Shown here piece after piece: positions 1 to 10,043 of a DNA stretch of 64,000 nt. Source of the stretch: Coprothermobacterota bacterium (lineage in GTDB: Bacteria; Coprothermobacterota; HKB111); the NCBI GenBank assembly GCA_037440465.1, contig JBBIUB010000002.1, forward strand, positions 1 through 64,000, written 5' to 3'. A program made the position numbers and the translations under genes. Each line of letters begins with the position of its first letter. Position 1 is the first letter of the stretch. The notes under the pieces are model-generated. The model was not told where the DNA came from. It saw nothing but the letters and a program-made list of their open reading frames with translations, and ran no database searches.

Positions 1-47
1 TTTTAAGGTACAGGACCCAGAAGGATACCACCGTTCTGGGGTAAAAT

Positions 48-77
48 AGTATATCCTATATGGGATTATTTTGTCAA
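48..77 (-). promoter_or_regulatory. sigma70-type promoter reading off the left edge of the window
   Basis: Minus strand TTGACA-N18-TATACT. Confidence 0.55.
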
Positions 78-94
78 GTGATATATATTAAAAA

Positions 95-775
95 TCAGAT
101 TCTACTCTTTTCAGATATAAATAATTCACAAGGAGTATCTTCAGGGCAATAATTTGTATGAAGACACTGAGGTTTTAGTAGAGAAGCAAGAAATGGAGAT
201 ACTATATTTATTTGTTCCTTAATAGCCTCACATAAATCACGGATTTCCCATTGAGATTTAATACACATTCTTAAAGAGCAAACATGAATAAGTTCACGAA
301 GATTCATGGTCATAATTATACGAGTATTAAGACCATGAGGAAGAATATATCTTGCATCTTCAATAGGAATATCTTTTTGGGTAAGTTTAAGGTAAGCCTC
401 CATAGCTTTTTCGTAAGCTTCAATAAAAACAGCCAACGCCCCTTCATCTCTTTGAATGGTTGGAGGAACAATTATAGTATTATCTTTCATAGACGCATAA
501 CGTTGACTCTGTTGGGTAAAAGATGCCATGCGATGTCTAACCAATTGATGTGATGTAACTCTGGATAAATCTTCAATGCCAAAAGTGAATGATACATGCT
601 CAAATATTGAATTATGACCCCATTTAAGGAGGTTAACTATAAGTTTTTCTTTATCTTCCTGAGATGCTTTAGATTTAACTTGGGCATTAAAATCTCCGAT
701 AAAACGGGATGTTCGAGCAGCCAAGAAAATAACATTAATTGGATCAGGGGTATAACTAAGAATAATTGTTTTCAT
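95..775 (-). CDS. thyX: FAD-dependent thymidylate synthase
   Basis: GHxSxFEH and RHRMASFTQQSQRY ThyX motif; DARYILP. Confidence 0.95.
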   Translation of the reverse strand: MKTIILSYTPDPINVIFLAARTSRFIGDFNAQVKSKASQEDKEKLIVNLLKWGHNSIFEHVSFTFGIEDLSRVTSHQLVRHRMASFTQQSQRYASMKDNTIIVPPTIQRDEGALAVFIEAYEKAMEAYLKLTQKDIPIEDARYILPHGLNTRIIMTMNLRELIHVCSLRMCIKSQWEIRDLCEAIKEQINIVSPFLASLLKPQCLHTNYCPEDTPCELFISEKSRI

Positions 776-777
776 TC

Positions 778-2130
778 TTAAAAATCCACTCTCGCTAATA
801 CTTGGAAAAATTCTTTATTTGATTTGGTTCGTCTTAGAAGATTTATGATTTGATCCATAGCCTGAACAGATTCAGTGTCCGCAATAAGCCTTCTGAGTTT
901 GTATATCTGTTCTAACTCCTGTGGTGTATACAGAAGTTCTTCATGCCGTGTTCCTGACTTCTGTATATTAACAGCCGGGAAGAGCCTACGCTCTGCTAAC
1001 CGTCTGTCTAAGACTAATTCCATATTACCGGTTCCCTTAAATTCTTCAAAAATTACTTCATCCATTCTACTTCCAGTTTCAATTAAAGCCGTAGCTAAAA
1101 TCGTAAGGCTACCACCGAACTCAACATTCCTTGCTGCTCCGAAAAATCGTTTAGGACCTTGAATTGATGCGGGGTCAAGCCCACCTGATAAAGTCCTTCC
1201 ACTGGGAGGTATTGTATTATTGTATGCTCTAGTCATCCTGGTTATACCATCAAGCAAAATGACTACGTCCTTTTTATGCTCAACAAGTCTTTTAGCTTTT
1301 TCAAGAGTTAGCTCAGCAACTCTCACATGGTTTTCAGGGCCAAGGTCAAAAGTTGAACTTACGACTTCTGCTTCCAAGACCGATCTTCTAATATCTGTTA
1401 CTTCCTCTGGTCTCTCATCCACCAGTAGAATTATCATAATTACATCTTTATGTTTATGAGTAATAGCCTGGGCTATTTTTTTGATAATGGTGGTCTTCCC
1501 AGCCTTGGGAGGAGCAACTATTAGTCCCCTTTGGCCTCTACCTACTGGAGCAATAAGATCTACCAGGCGTGTTGCAAGATCCTGAGGATCTGTCTCTAAT
1601 TCAAATCGTTCTCTTGGAAATATTGGTATTAAACTCTCAAACCTTGGTCTGTTTCTTATTTCTTCAGGTTTGAGACCATTGACAGAAACTATTTCTGCTA
1701 AAGCAGAATACTTTTCCTGTGGTTGGGAGCGAGGAGGTCTTGCCCAACAGCTTATGGTATCACCTGTCCTCAACCCCCATTTTCTGATATGTGCTGGAGA
1801 AACATAGATATCTGAAGAAGATATAGTATATTTTGTTCTTAGAAAACCAAAACCTTCTTCCAATATCTCCAGTATTCCAACTTCTTCAACAGCAGAAACA
1901 CCTGGTGCAATTTCTTTTGTAAGCTGAACAATCGGAGCTGATAATTCCATAGAAGCTTTTTCAATATCTACTGCTGTTAAATTTCTCTTTACGAGCTGAT
2001 CAGCAATATTCTTAATTAGAACATCTTTATGCATCCTCGAATGACCCTTAATACCAAGTTCTTTGGCAATAACAAAGAGTTTCCTGATGGACAACTGGGG
2101 AATATCTTTGACTTTTAAATCAGACAGCAT
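778..2130 (-). CDS. rho: Transcription termination factor Rho
   Basis: GFGFLR RNA-binding motif, PPKAGKT Walker [20 protein letters not shown]. Confidence 0.98.
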   Translation of the reverse strand: MLSDLKVKDIPQLSIRKLFVIAKELGIKGHSRMHKDVLIKNIADQLVKRNLTAVDIEKASMELSAPIVQLTKEIAPGVSAVEEVGILEILEEGFGFLRTKYTISSSDIYVSPAHIRKWGLRTGDTISCWARPPRSQPQEKYSALAEIVSVNGLKPEEIRNRPRFESLIPIFPRERFELETDPQDLATRLVDLIAPVGRGQRGLIVAPPKAGKTTIIKKIAQAITHKHKDVIMIILLVDERPEEVTDIRRSVLEAEVVSSTFDLGPENHVRVAELTLEKAKRLVEHKKDVVILLDGITRMTRAYNNTIPPSGRTLSGGLDPASIQGPKRFFGAARNVEFGGSLTILATALIETGSRMDEVIFEEFKGTGNMELVLDRRLAERRLFPAVNIQKSGTRHEELLYTPQELEQIYKLRRLIADTESVQAMDQIINLLRRTKSNKEFFQVLARVDF

Positions 2131-2186
2131 TAATCTTGAATTTCCTCCTTAATGTAGTAAAAAATCTTATCTAAAGAATACAACAT

Positions 2187-2780
2187 CTAAAGACTTTTGT
2201 CAATATAGTTAAGAAATGAATTTAACTCAATTTTTACTTCTGCTTCCTTAATAAGATAGCGATTACATAATTCATCATACCTTATTATAAGGTTCTTCTT
2301 GAGGGTGCTCTCAGCCATTTCTTTTAAATTAACTCCTGCATTTAAAATACCTCCTTGAGAAGCAAGTAAAGCTAAAAGAGAAGCGATTATTGCATCAGTC
2401 CTGGCATTTGGATTCCCTCTTCTAATTGTATCCAGGGTAATCTCTACAAAATCAAGCCCTTCTTCCGCAACTTTAAGTGGTGCTAAAGAGGCTTCATATA
2501 ATGCATCATCCAAGCCAACTTTGTCACGATAAGCCTTAACTACTCTATTATAACCAAGAGCATCTTTACCAGCAAGAATGATGCTCCCTTCAATTAATTT
2601 TGCTGAATTAATAAGATTATCCTGAATAATAGTACCACGCGTAACATTACAAACCTTTGAAACCAAAGCACCAGAGAATGCGAGCAGAAAAGCAGATACA
2701 CTTCCTCCACCTGGAACAGGATTTGAAGAACTAATCGAATTTAGCAAATCGATTAATGTAAATTTGTCATATTGATACAT
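2187..2780 (-). CDS. Formiminotransferase-cyclodeaminase C-terminal (cyclodeaminase/cyclohydrolase) family protein
   Basis: N-terminal SxxPVPGGGSVSA motif, GNPNARTD, ~200 aa helical. Confidence 0.8.
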   Translation of the reverse strand: MYQYDKFTLIDLLNSISSSNPVPGGGSVSAFLLAFSGALVSKVCNVTRGTIIQDNLINSAKLIEGSIILAGKDALGYNRVVKAYRDKVGLDDALYEASLAPLKVAEEGLDFVEITLDTIRRGNPNARTDAIIASLLALLASQGGILNAGVNLKEMAESTLKKNLIIRYDELCNRYLIKEAEVKIELNSFLNYIDKSL

Positions 2781-3837
2781 CTAATCTTCTCAGTTTGCTT
2801 TTTTTACAAGCACTAATAATTAAACCAAGAGAAACAAAATTTTTTACCATAGCACTCCCTCCGTAGCTTATAAATGGAAGAGGCAATCCTACAACAGGTA
2901 CTAATCCTATGTTCATAGCAATGTTAACAAAACTTTCAAATGCCAGCATTCCAAAAACACCAGCAACAACAAGTTTCCCTGCTAAAGAAAATGGATTATT
3001 AATCAAGGAAATAGTTAAAATAAGTAGAAAAGCAATTGACATTATTATCAAAATGCCAAGGCGAAATCCTCCTTCTTCAAGAATTGAAGCAAAAGCAAAG
3101 TCAGACTGCGGAACTGGAAGGAAGCCTAACCTCGCTTGTGTCCCCTTTAAAAAACCTTTCCCTGTAAATTTACCTGAACCCACTGCAATAAGAGCTTGTT
3201 TGAGGTTATACCCTATTCCACCTGGATCTAATCCAGGGTTTAAAAAAACTAATAAACGAGCTTGTTGATAATCCTTTAGAGCAAACCAGCCAAAGGGCAT
3301 TAATAAAGTAACAATCAGCAAAAGAATGCCAATATATTTAATTGGGATTTCAGAAATTAAAACCATTATAAGAAAGATAGCTAACATGACAAGAGAAGTT
3401 CCCAGGTCAGGCTGAATATAAACAAGTAGAGCATAAACTGCAAACAACATAAATCCAATTATAAATTTTAATAAAGATCTTTTCTCGATCTTAAATACAT
3501 ATGAAAGCATCATTATCAGAAATACTTTTGCAAATTCGGAAGGTTGGAACTGGAAATTTCCTATATTGATCCAACGAACTGCACCATAAATCTCTTTTCC
3601 ACCACCAAAAGGAATAACTAATAGGGTAAAAAGACCAAAGAGATATCCCAGGGGAGCATATTTTATTAAATGGTTAAAATCTATGAATTGAAGAGCACTT
3701 AATAATATAATCCCCAAAAAAACTGATATTAATTGCCTATCCAAACGAGATGTCCATCCATAACTTACCGAGAATAGATTAGAAAATCCAATTGTCGTTA
3801 AAATCAATGCGAGAATCAATATTATGAATATTCTCAT
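2767..3837 (-). CDS. rodA: Rod shape-determining SEDS glycosyltransferase RodA
   Basis: GAVRWI, FQPSEFAK, QPDLGT, LPFISYGGS; follows PBP2. Confidence 0.93.
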   Translation of the reverse strand: MRIFIILILALILTTIGFSNLFSVSYGWTSRLDRQLISVFLGIILLSALQFIDFNHLIKYAPLGYLFGLFTLLVIPFGGGKEIYGAVRWINIGNFQFQPSEFAKVFLIMMLSYVFKIEKRSLLKFIIGFMLFAVYALLVYIQPDLGTSLVMLAIFLIMVLISEIPIKYIGILLLIVTLLMPFGWFALKDYQQARLLVFLNPGLDPGGIGYNLKQALIAVGSGKFTGKGFLKGTQARLGFLPVPQSDFAFASILEEGGFRLGILIIMSIAFLLILTISLINNPFSLAGKLVVAGVFGMLAFESFVNIAMNIGLVPVVGLPLPFISYGGSAMVKNFVSLGLIISACKKSKLRRLDVSI

Positions 3838-3838
3838 T

Positions 3839-5596
3839 TTAATGGTTCAATATATTGCTTTTATATTCTAACCAGGCTTCAAAAATTTTCTTCATATAAG
3901 GTGCTAAGTAATATGCAAATTCAAAGTCACTTTTTTCAGCAAGCAATACGATAACAACTTCAGGGTCATTAGAAGGAGCATATGCACTAATCCATAGATG
4001 AGGCTTTCCACCAGCATGGGTTTGAGCTGTACCTGTTTTAGCAGATACCTCAATTGGAAGTTCATTCAATGGTGATAATCCACCACCCCGAGTAACAGAG
4101 CGTCTAAGTCCATCTTTAATAATATTAAGATTCTTGGAGGATAACATAACATTTTTCAGTTTTGGGGAAGCACTATAAATTAAATCACCTTTTGGTGAAT
4201 GTATTTCATTTACTAAATATGGCGTAACAAGTTGACCACCGTTGGCAAGGAAACTGTACATTACAGCCATTTGAAGTGGTGTTACTAATAAAAAACCTTG
4301 ACCTATACCAGCATTAAGTGTGTCTCCCAAATACCATGGTTCATTCTTTTTTTCTAATTTCCAGCTTGTGTCTGGAACTAAGCCAGTTGCTTCACTTAGT
4401 AAGTCTACACCTGTTATTTCACCAAAACCATATTGTCTGACATATTTTGCCAACATATCTATGCCAAGCTCCTGTGCGACTGTGAAGAAAAATATGTTAC
4501 AAGAAACTGCCAGAGCTTCACGCATGTCTACATTCCCGTGACCTCCAGGGTAAATCCAGCACTTGAATGTTCGGCGACCTGCAATAATAGATCCCGTGCA
4601 ATTCACAACAAACTTGTCATTTATTTTTTTACTTTCTAAGGCAGATAATCCCACAAATGGTTTAAAGGTAGATCCTGGTGGATACTGCCCCTGTATAGCT
4701 CTATTAACTAATACATTTTTTTTATTCCAATCAGCCCAAATGGAAGGGGTTAAACCCTTAATAAAGTATCCCGGGTCAAAAGTTGGATTACTCACCATAC
4801 TTAATATTTCACCAGTTTTAGGGTTCATAATAACAAGAGCACCATTTATATCCTTCATTACCTCTTCAGCTCGTTCCTGAAGAAAGCTTGAGATAGTAAG
4901 AGTTATTGAATTACCCTTCTCTGGTAAAGTTTCATTTAACAGGGTTCTATCTTTTCCTGAAGCGTCAACCTTAAAAATTCTCTCACCTTTTTCTCCTTTA
5001 AGATAAGCTTCATATTTTCTTTCAATCCCAGCCTTTCCTATTCTGTCGCCAGGTGTGTATCCAATAAGGGACAAGTTCTGGAGATCCTTAAGGTCTATCT
5101 CTTGCACATAACCTGTCACATGAGCGAAGGTGCTTTTTCTTAGGTATTCACGAACAGGATACATCTCTACCTTTACACCCGGGTAGTCACTCTCTCTTAC
5201 TTTTACTTTAAGAACTTTCTCTATTGGAGCTCCAACAGCTATGGGACGGGGATAATAAAATGGGGTAGAAGTATCTGATAAAGTTTCCATAATTTTATCT
5301 ACTGGAACCTCAAGTGTTGATGATAAAAAAATAACAGTTCGGTCAATGTCAACAACATCAGAAGGAACCACCGATACTACATAAGATAAGGTATCTCGTG
5401 CTAAAATTTCCCCTTCTTGGCTGTAAATTTCTCCTCTTGGAGCTGGGATAGGAAGATTACGGAGAAAGTTTTTTTCTGAAAGTTCAAGGTATTCATCACC
5501 TTTTACTATTTGAAGAGTGTAAAGTCTCCAGGCAAAGGAGGTAATAATTAATATTGTTATTAATATTATTATAATTTGCTTGATTCTAATTTCCAA
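3839..5596 (-). CDS. mrdA: Penicillin-binding protein 2 (class B transpeptidase)
   Basis: N-terminal TM, RGEI, GSTFK (SxxK), SCN (SxN), KTGT; mre operon context. Confidence 0.95.
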   Translation of the reverse strand: MEIRIKQIIIILITILIITSFAWRLYTLQIVKGDEYLELSEKNFLRNLPIPAPRGEIYSQEGEILARDTLSYVVSVVPSDVVDIDRTVIFLSSTLEVPVDKIMETLSDTSTPFYYPRPIAVGAPIEKVLKVKVRESDYPGVKVEMYPVREYLRKSTFAHVTGYVQEIDLKDLQNLSLIGYTPGDRIGKAGIERKYEAYLKGEKGERIFKVDASGKDRTLLNETLPEKGNSITLTISSFLQERAEEVMKDINGALVIMNPKTGEILSMVSNPTFDPGYFIKGLTPSIWADWNKKNVLVNRAIQGQYPPGSTFKPFVGLSALESKKINDKFVVNCTGSIIAGRRTFKCWIYPGGHGNVDMREALAVSCNIFFFTVAQELGIDMLAKYVRQYGFGEITGVDLLSEATGLVPDTSWKLEKKNEPWYLGDTLNAGIGQGFLLVTPLQMAVMYSFLANGGQLVTPYLVNEIHSPKGDLIYSASPKLKNVMLSSKNLNIIKDGLRRSVTRGGGLSPLNELPIEVSAKTGTAQTHAGGKPHLWISAYAPSNDPEVVIVLLAEKSDFEFAYYLAPYMKKIFEAWLEYKSNILNH

Positions 5597-6027
5597 TTTG
5601 GGTATACCAAATAAATTCCAAAAAGAAGAACAGAAGTAAGAAAAGACTTTGTTATAACTTCATAAATAAAGGTAATAGAAGGAAAAGATAAAGTAAAAAA
5701 GTAATTAAGGGTAAAAACTAATACATAAGCCAACATTACTTTCAATAATATTTCTATAAATAACCAAAGATATGAATGAGGTAATACCAATTTTCGAAAT
5801 AAGACATCCAAAAGGTATGGAGTCATAATAAAACAAACAAGCAATGCAGGTTTAAAACTCAAAGATGCACCAATAATACAAACTAACAAGTAACTTAACT
5901 CAATTTTTTCAAATTTAAAAGAATGAAAAACTGCAACTAAAAGTGGAAGCTCAATAACATTTAATAACCTTGAAGCTTGAATAATAAAAGCAAATAAAAG
6001 TAAAATAGAAGGTAAATGTTTTCTCAA
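5569..6027 (-). CDS. mreD: Probable divergent MreD
   Basis: Small multi-TM protein between mreC and mrdA; assigned by position. Confidence 0.6.
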   Translation of the reverse strand: MRKHLPSILLLFAFIIQASRLLNVIELPLLVAVFHSFKFEKIELSYLLVCIIGASLSFKPALLVCFIMTPYLLDVLFRKLVLPHSYLWLFIEILLKVMLAYVLVFTLNYFFTLSFPSITFIYEVITKSFLTSVLLFGIYLVYPNWKLESSKL

Positions 6028-6032
6028 TTTTA

Positions 6033-6821
6033 TTAAGGAATTAATGTAACAAGAAAATATCTTGTTCTTTGAGGGTCCACTATTGGTTTTATCTCTGCTT
6101 CGGGAGTAATCTTACTTTGTCTATCAAGATGATAAATCTTGCCTATGATAATACCGCCAAATCCCTCGTCATAAGACGTAATAATCACATCACCTTCAAT
6201 AGCTCGGGGATTTAAAGAGAGAAACTCAAATAAAAGTTTATCAGGACCACCTTTTACTATCCCAAGTTCACCAGTGCTTTCCACTATTCCACCTAAAGTA
6301 AATTCATGATTATCTAACAAAACCACAGCTGAAGTATTTTCATTAACTTTTTTAACTTTCCCTACTACAGCTCCTCCATACAACAGTAGTGATCCTTCAG
6401 ATATTCCATCTTTACTTCCTTTATCAATTATTAAAGTTTGAGATACCGATAGAGTATCCTGGCCAATTACCCTTACTCCTAAGGTATTAATTTCTGAAGT
6501 TATCGTTCTAAATTCTAATAATTCAAGGAGAGATTTATTTTCTTCTTTTAACCTTTCAATATTTAGCTTTGATGTCTTTAACTCTTCAGCTTTTTCCATT
6601 AAAATATTTCTTTCTTTTACTAGAGTCTTCAATAAGAATATAACTTCTCCCCACTCTTTTATAAGATAACCAGTATTTTCAATTGTTGAAATAATACCTC
6701 TACCAGAATCCCAGAACAATCTACCCAATAATCGAAATATAGAATCTCCACCTGGAGGTGTAAAAGTTAAAATTACTAAAACTAAAATCAATAAAAATAC
6801 GTGTAAAAGTCGTCTCTTCAT
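6033..6821 (-). CDS. mreC: Rod shape-determining protein MreC
   Basis: N-terminal TM, coiled coil ending EENKSLLELL, IIDKGSKDGI; follows mreB. Confidence 0.9.
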   Translation of the reverse strand: MKRRLLHVFLLILVLVILTFTPPGGDSIFRLLGRLFWDSGRGIISTIENTGYLIKEWGEVIFLLKTLVKERNILMEKAEELKTSKLNIERLKEENKSLLELLEFRTITSEINTLGVRVIGQDTLSVSQTLIIDKGSKDGISEGSLLLYGGAVVGKVKKVNENTSAVVLLDNHEFTLGGIVESTGELGIVKGGPDKLLFEFLSLNPRAIEGDVIITSYDEGFGGIIIGKIYHLDRQSKITPEAEIKPIVDPQRTRYFLVTLIP

Positions 6822-7856
6822 TTACCTCTGATCACGAGCAGTATGTAGAATCTTTCTAAAAGTATGCAACTCCTCAAGCGCCTTTCCACCACCCAATACT
6901 ACTGCCTCCATAGGTTTAGGAGAAAGATGCACTGGAAAGCTCACTTCTTTGGCAAGAAAGACATCAAGACCTTTTATGAGGGCGCTACCACCTGAGACGA
7001 CCAGTCCCCTATCAAGAATATCAGCTGAAAGTTCAGGTGGGGTAATTTCAAGAGTAGACTTAACTACATCTGCTATACTAGCAAAAGCCTTTTGTAATGC
7101 TAATCTAATCTCTTCAGCTGTAACTTCTACCATTTTTGGGAGACCTGTTAGAAGATCCCGACCTTTCACTGTTGTTGTTTTGTTAACGTCTACAGGATAA
7201 GCAGAACCTATATTTATTTTAACTCCTTCAGCAGTATATTCGCCTATAAGTAAATTATATTGTTGTCTGAAAAATCTACTTACATCTTCGTTCATTTCAT
7301 CTCCAGCAACTCGACTGGATTTAGAAGCCACCATTCCACCCATAGAGATTACAGCTGCTTCAGTTGTACCTCCACCTATATCAAGAATCATACAACCTCT
7401 GGGTTCAGTCACTGGAAGACCTGAGCCAATAGCAGCTGCCATAGGTTCTTCAATTAGATAAACCTCTCTAGCGCCAGCAGCAATACCTGCATCTTCTACT
7501 GCCCTTCTCTCTACCTGAGTACCACCAGATGGAACACCTACAACCAACCTTGGTTTTCCAATAAAGAACTCCCAGGGTGTTCTACTTCTTTTTAAAGCTT
7601 TATCCATAAAATACCGTAACATTGCCTCGGTAACTGTGTAATCAGCTATGACTCCATCTCTCAAAGGCCTGCTTATACGTATCTCGTCTGAGGTCCTTCC
7701 TGCCATCCGGCGAGCTTCTATTCCTACAGCAAGAACCTTATTATTTCTTCGTTCCATTGCTACTATAGAAGGTTCGTTAACAACTACACCACGCCTTTTT
7801 ACATATACTAAAGTATTAGCAGTACCCAAATCAATAGCAATATCTTTACTAAACAT
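6822..7856 (-). CDS. mreB: Actin-like protein MreB
   Basis: DLGTANT, EEPMAAAIG, DIGGGTTE. Confidence 0.98.
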   Translation of the reverse strand: MFSKDIAIDLGTANTLVYVKRRGVVVNEPSIVAMERRNNKVLAVGIEARRMAGRTSDEIRISRPLRDGVIADYTVTEAMLRYFMDKALKRSRTPWEFFIGKPRLVVGVPSGGTQVERRAVEDAGIAAGAREVYLIEEPMAAAIGSGLPVTEPRGCMILDIGGGTTEAAVISMGGMVASKSSRVAGDEMNEDVSRFFRQQYNLLIGEYTAEGVKINIGSAYPVDVNKTTTVKGRDLLTGLPKMVEVTAEEIRLALQKAFASIADVVKSTLEITPPELSADILDRGLVVSGGSALIKGLDVFLAKEVSFPVHLSPKPMEAVVLGGGKALEELHTFRKILHTARDQR

Positions 7857-7888
7857 ACGATTTTTTCTCCTTTCCAGATGACTGTGTT

Positions 7889-7897
7889 ATTCTAACA
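7889..7897 (-). promoter_or_regulatory. Extended -10 element upstream of mreB
   Basis: Minus strand TGTTAGAAT about 30 nt upstream of the ATG. Confidence 0.35.
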
Positions 7898-7912
7898 TAC
7901 CTATTAAATGTT

Positions 7913-8158
7913 TTAACGGGAATAGTAAATATATAGACCAAGAAGGATTCCTAAAACTCCTGCAAGTGTTACCTTCAAAATAAACGTAAAAGATAATGCA
8001 AATATTATCATGTCAAATTCATGTATGACAATTTTTGTTTCTGTTCCTTTTGCTAATATAGGAATATAATCCTGCAATGCTATTCCAATAACATTTCCAA
8101 GTAATAGACCTATAAAGATAGCGCAGATAAAAAATCTAAAGTTATACTTATTGTGCAT
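7913..8158 (-). CDS. Small membrane protein, DUF4321-like
   Basis: 81 aa hydrophobic, GLLLG...TLAGVLG pattern; family often found upstream of mre genes. Confidence 0.55.
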   Translation of the reverse strand: MHNKYNFRFFICAIFIGLLLGNVIGIALQDYIPILAKGTETKIVIHEFDMIIFALSFTFILKVTLAGVLGILLGLYIYYSR

Positions 8159-8654
8159 TTAAAACTCCTCCTAACCTTTTTATAGTAAAATTTGCAGCCA
8201 CTCCTATAAAAAATCCAGCAAACCCTCCACCTATAAGAAGAAGTGGAAGATAAGCTAAAAGTAGGGGTTGCTTCAAAAGAAAATAAATCAAGATCCATTG
8301 TACCAGATTATGAGTTATACCACCAATTGTACTTATAGCTATAATCCCCACATCTTTAGAATAAACATAGTATAGTAGCTCCATTATTAGAACACTGCCT
8401 AATCCTCCAGCTAAACTTAGAATACCTCTGAGATCAAACCCAATAAGCAGGTTAAGCAGAATAGTTCTAATAAAAGTGATCCAAAAACCTGCAAAAGAAC
8501 CAAAAGAGTAAAGCCCCACAACTGATGCCCAATTTGCCAGACCGATTTTTATCCCAAGTACCGGCGCAGGTAATGGTGGTTCAATTAAGTTAAGAACTAC
8601 ACCTAACGCAGCAAGTAAGCTTATCTTCAGAATATACTTAGTAGGTAATGCCAT
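8148..8654 (-). CDS. Gx transporter / heptaprenyl diphosphate synthase component I-like membrane protein
   Basis: IE-x-P-x-P-x-P-x-x-GIKIGLAN, SLAGG, HNLVQ; start moved to the MALPT ATG. Confidence 0.8.
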   Translation of the reverse strand: MALPTKYILKISLLAALGVVLNLIEPPLPAPVLGIKIGLANWASVVGLYSFGSFAGFWITFIRTILLNLLIGFDLRGILSLAGGLGSVLIMELLYYVYSKDVGIIAISTIGGITHNLVQWILIYFLLKQPLLLAYLPLLLIGGGFAGFFIGVAANFTIKRLGGVLNAQ

Positions 8655-9024
8655 CGAAAGTTCTCTTTCCTTCATAATAAACCACTATCTGGTTTGGTAA
8701 ACATATTATAGATTCATGCAGATTCCCTATCCATCCTTTTTTCATACATATTTTATCCGGACAATAATGCTTAGAGGAGGGAGCGATTCTAACTTTAACT
8801 CCTTCTATTTCCAATATTAGATTTCCCCATTCACCAACAAGAGAATAGTATTTCTGCTCAGAAGGTAAGTTTATACGAGCAATTTCTTTACCTTTTTCCT
8901 CAACTATTAGAAGAGAAGAGAATGAATTTTTGTTGAAAAGGTTTATATCTACGATAGATAGGATTGTAATAAATATTATGATAAGCAGGATGATAAATAA
9001 TACATTCAAATCATATCTTTTCAT
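8638..9024 (-). CDS. NusG domain II-containing membrane-anchored protein (DUF1312/Lin0431-like)
   Basis: N-terminal TM, CPDKICMKKGWI...IICLPNQ. Confidence 0.85.
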   Translation of the reverse strand: MKRYDLNVLFIILLIIIFITILSIVDINLFNKNSFSSLLIVEEKGKEIARINLPSEQKYYSLVGEWGNLILEIEGVKVRIAPSSKHYCPDKICMKKGWIGNLHESIICLPNQIVVYYEGKRTFDGITY

Positions 9025-10043
9025 TCTGATAAATTCTCAAAATACTTTTCAGTTCCCTTGCTCAAATATACTTTCAGGTCAGGTGTTACCAGAACACCAT
9101 AAAGACCTTTCTTTTCCAGAAAGTCCAGGCCTTTCTCTAATCCCATGACCATTATTGCAGTAGAATAAGCATCAGAAATAAAACCTTTTTCGCTAACAAC
9201 AGTTGCGCTAATTAGATATTTAGTCGGATACCCCGTATCTGGATCCAGGATATGATGATATCTAACTCCTCCAATCTCATTATAACGCTCATAGTCACCT
9301 GAAGTAGAAACAGTCCAGCCATGACCCAGGTTAAGTATGCCCAGAATACCTTCTTTGCGGGGATGTTTTATTGCTACCCGCCATAATGTTCTCCCTTGTG
9401 GTGGTGGTCCGAGAAGACCTATGGTCCCTCCACCATCGATAAGAGCGTTCCTGACTTTTTTCTCTTTTAGAAATTCCATAACCCTATCCACCGCATACCC
9501 TTTGGCAACTGCTCCAAAATCTAAAGAAACCCCTTTTTCTTTAAAGAAAATCGTATGTCCTTCGTCATTTAACTCAATTAAATCTGGTTTACTAAGATTT
9601 ATAGCCTTTCTAATCTCCCCTTCCACAGGTAGAACAATATCGCTTTGACTGTTTATTAAAGGCCTCCATAAATCCACCAGAGGGCCTATAGCTGGGTTGA
9701 AACTACCGCCTGTTTTTTGATAAAGGACGAGACAATTTCTTAATAGAACAAATAACTCATTTGGCACTTCTATGGGTTGAATCGAAGCCTTCTTACTAAT
9801 CTCGCTTAACAGAGAATCCTGTTTATATCTATCAAGAAAAAGATCTACCTTCCTAAACTCTTCCCAAGCTTCTCTAACTAATTCTTTATCCCTGCTATTA
9901 TATATGGTTACTCCGGCATAAGTGTCCATTGTTATATCTCTGTAAACAACATTCCCGGTTTTTACACAAAAAAACCAAACAAAAAAAACAATAATAAGAC
10001 TTATCAGCAGGATATATTTAAATATTCTCCGCACAGCTCGCAT
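9021..10043 (-). CDS. apbE: FAD:protein FMN transferase ApbE
   Basis: DFGAVAKGYAVD, STSGDYER, YHHILDPxTGYP, DAYST. Confidence 0.93.
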   Translation of the reverse strand: MRAVRRIFKYILLISLIIVFFVWFFCVKTGNVVYRDITMDTYAGVTIYNSRDKELVREAWEEFRKVDLFLDRYKQDSLLSEISKKASIQPIEVPNELFVLLRNCLVLYQKTGGSFNPAIGPLVDLWRPLINSQSDIVLPVEGEIRKAINLSKPDLIELNDEGHTIFFKEKGVSLDFGAVAKGYAVDRVMEFLKEKKVRNALIDGGGTIGLLGPPPQGRTLWRVAIKHPRKEGILGILNLGHGWTVSTSGDYERYNEIGGVRYHHILDPDTGYPTKYLISATVVSEKGFISDAYSTAIMVMGLEKGLDFLEKKGLYGVLVTPDLKVYLSKGTEKYFENLSE

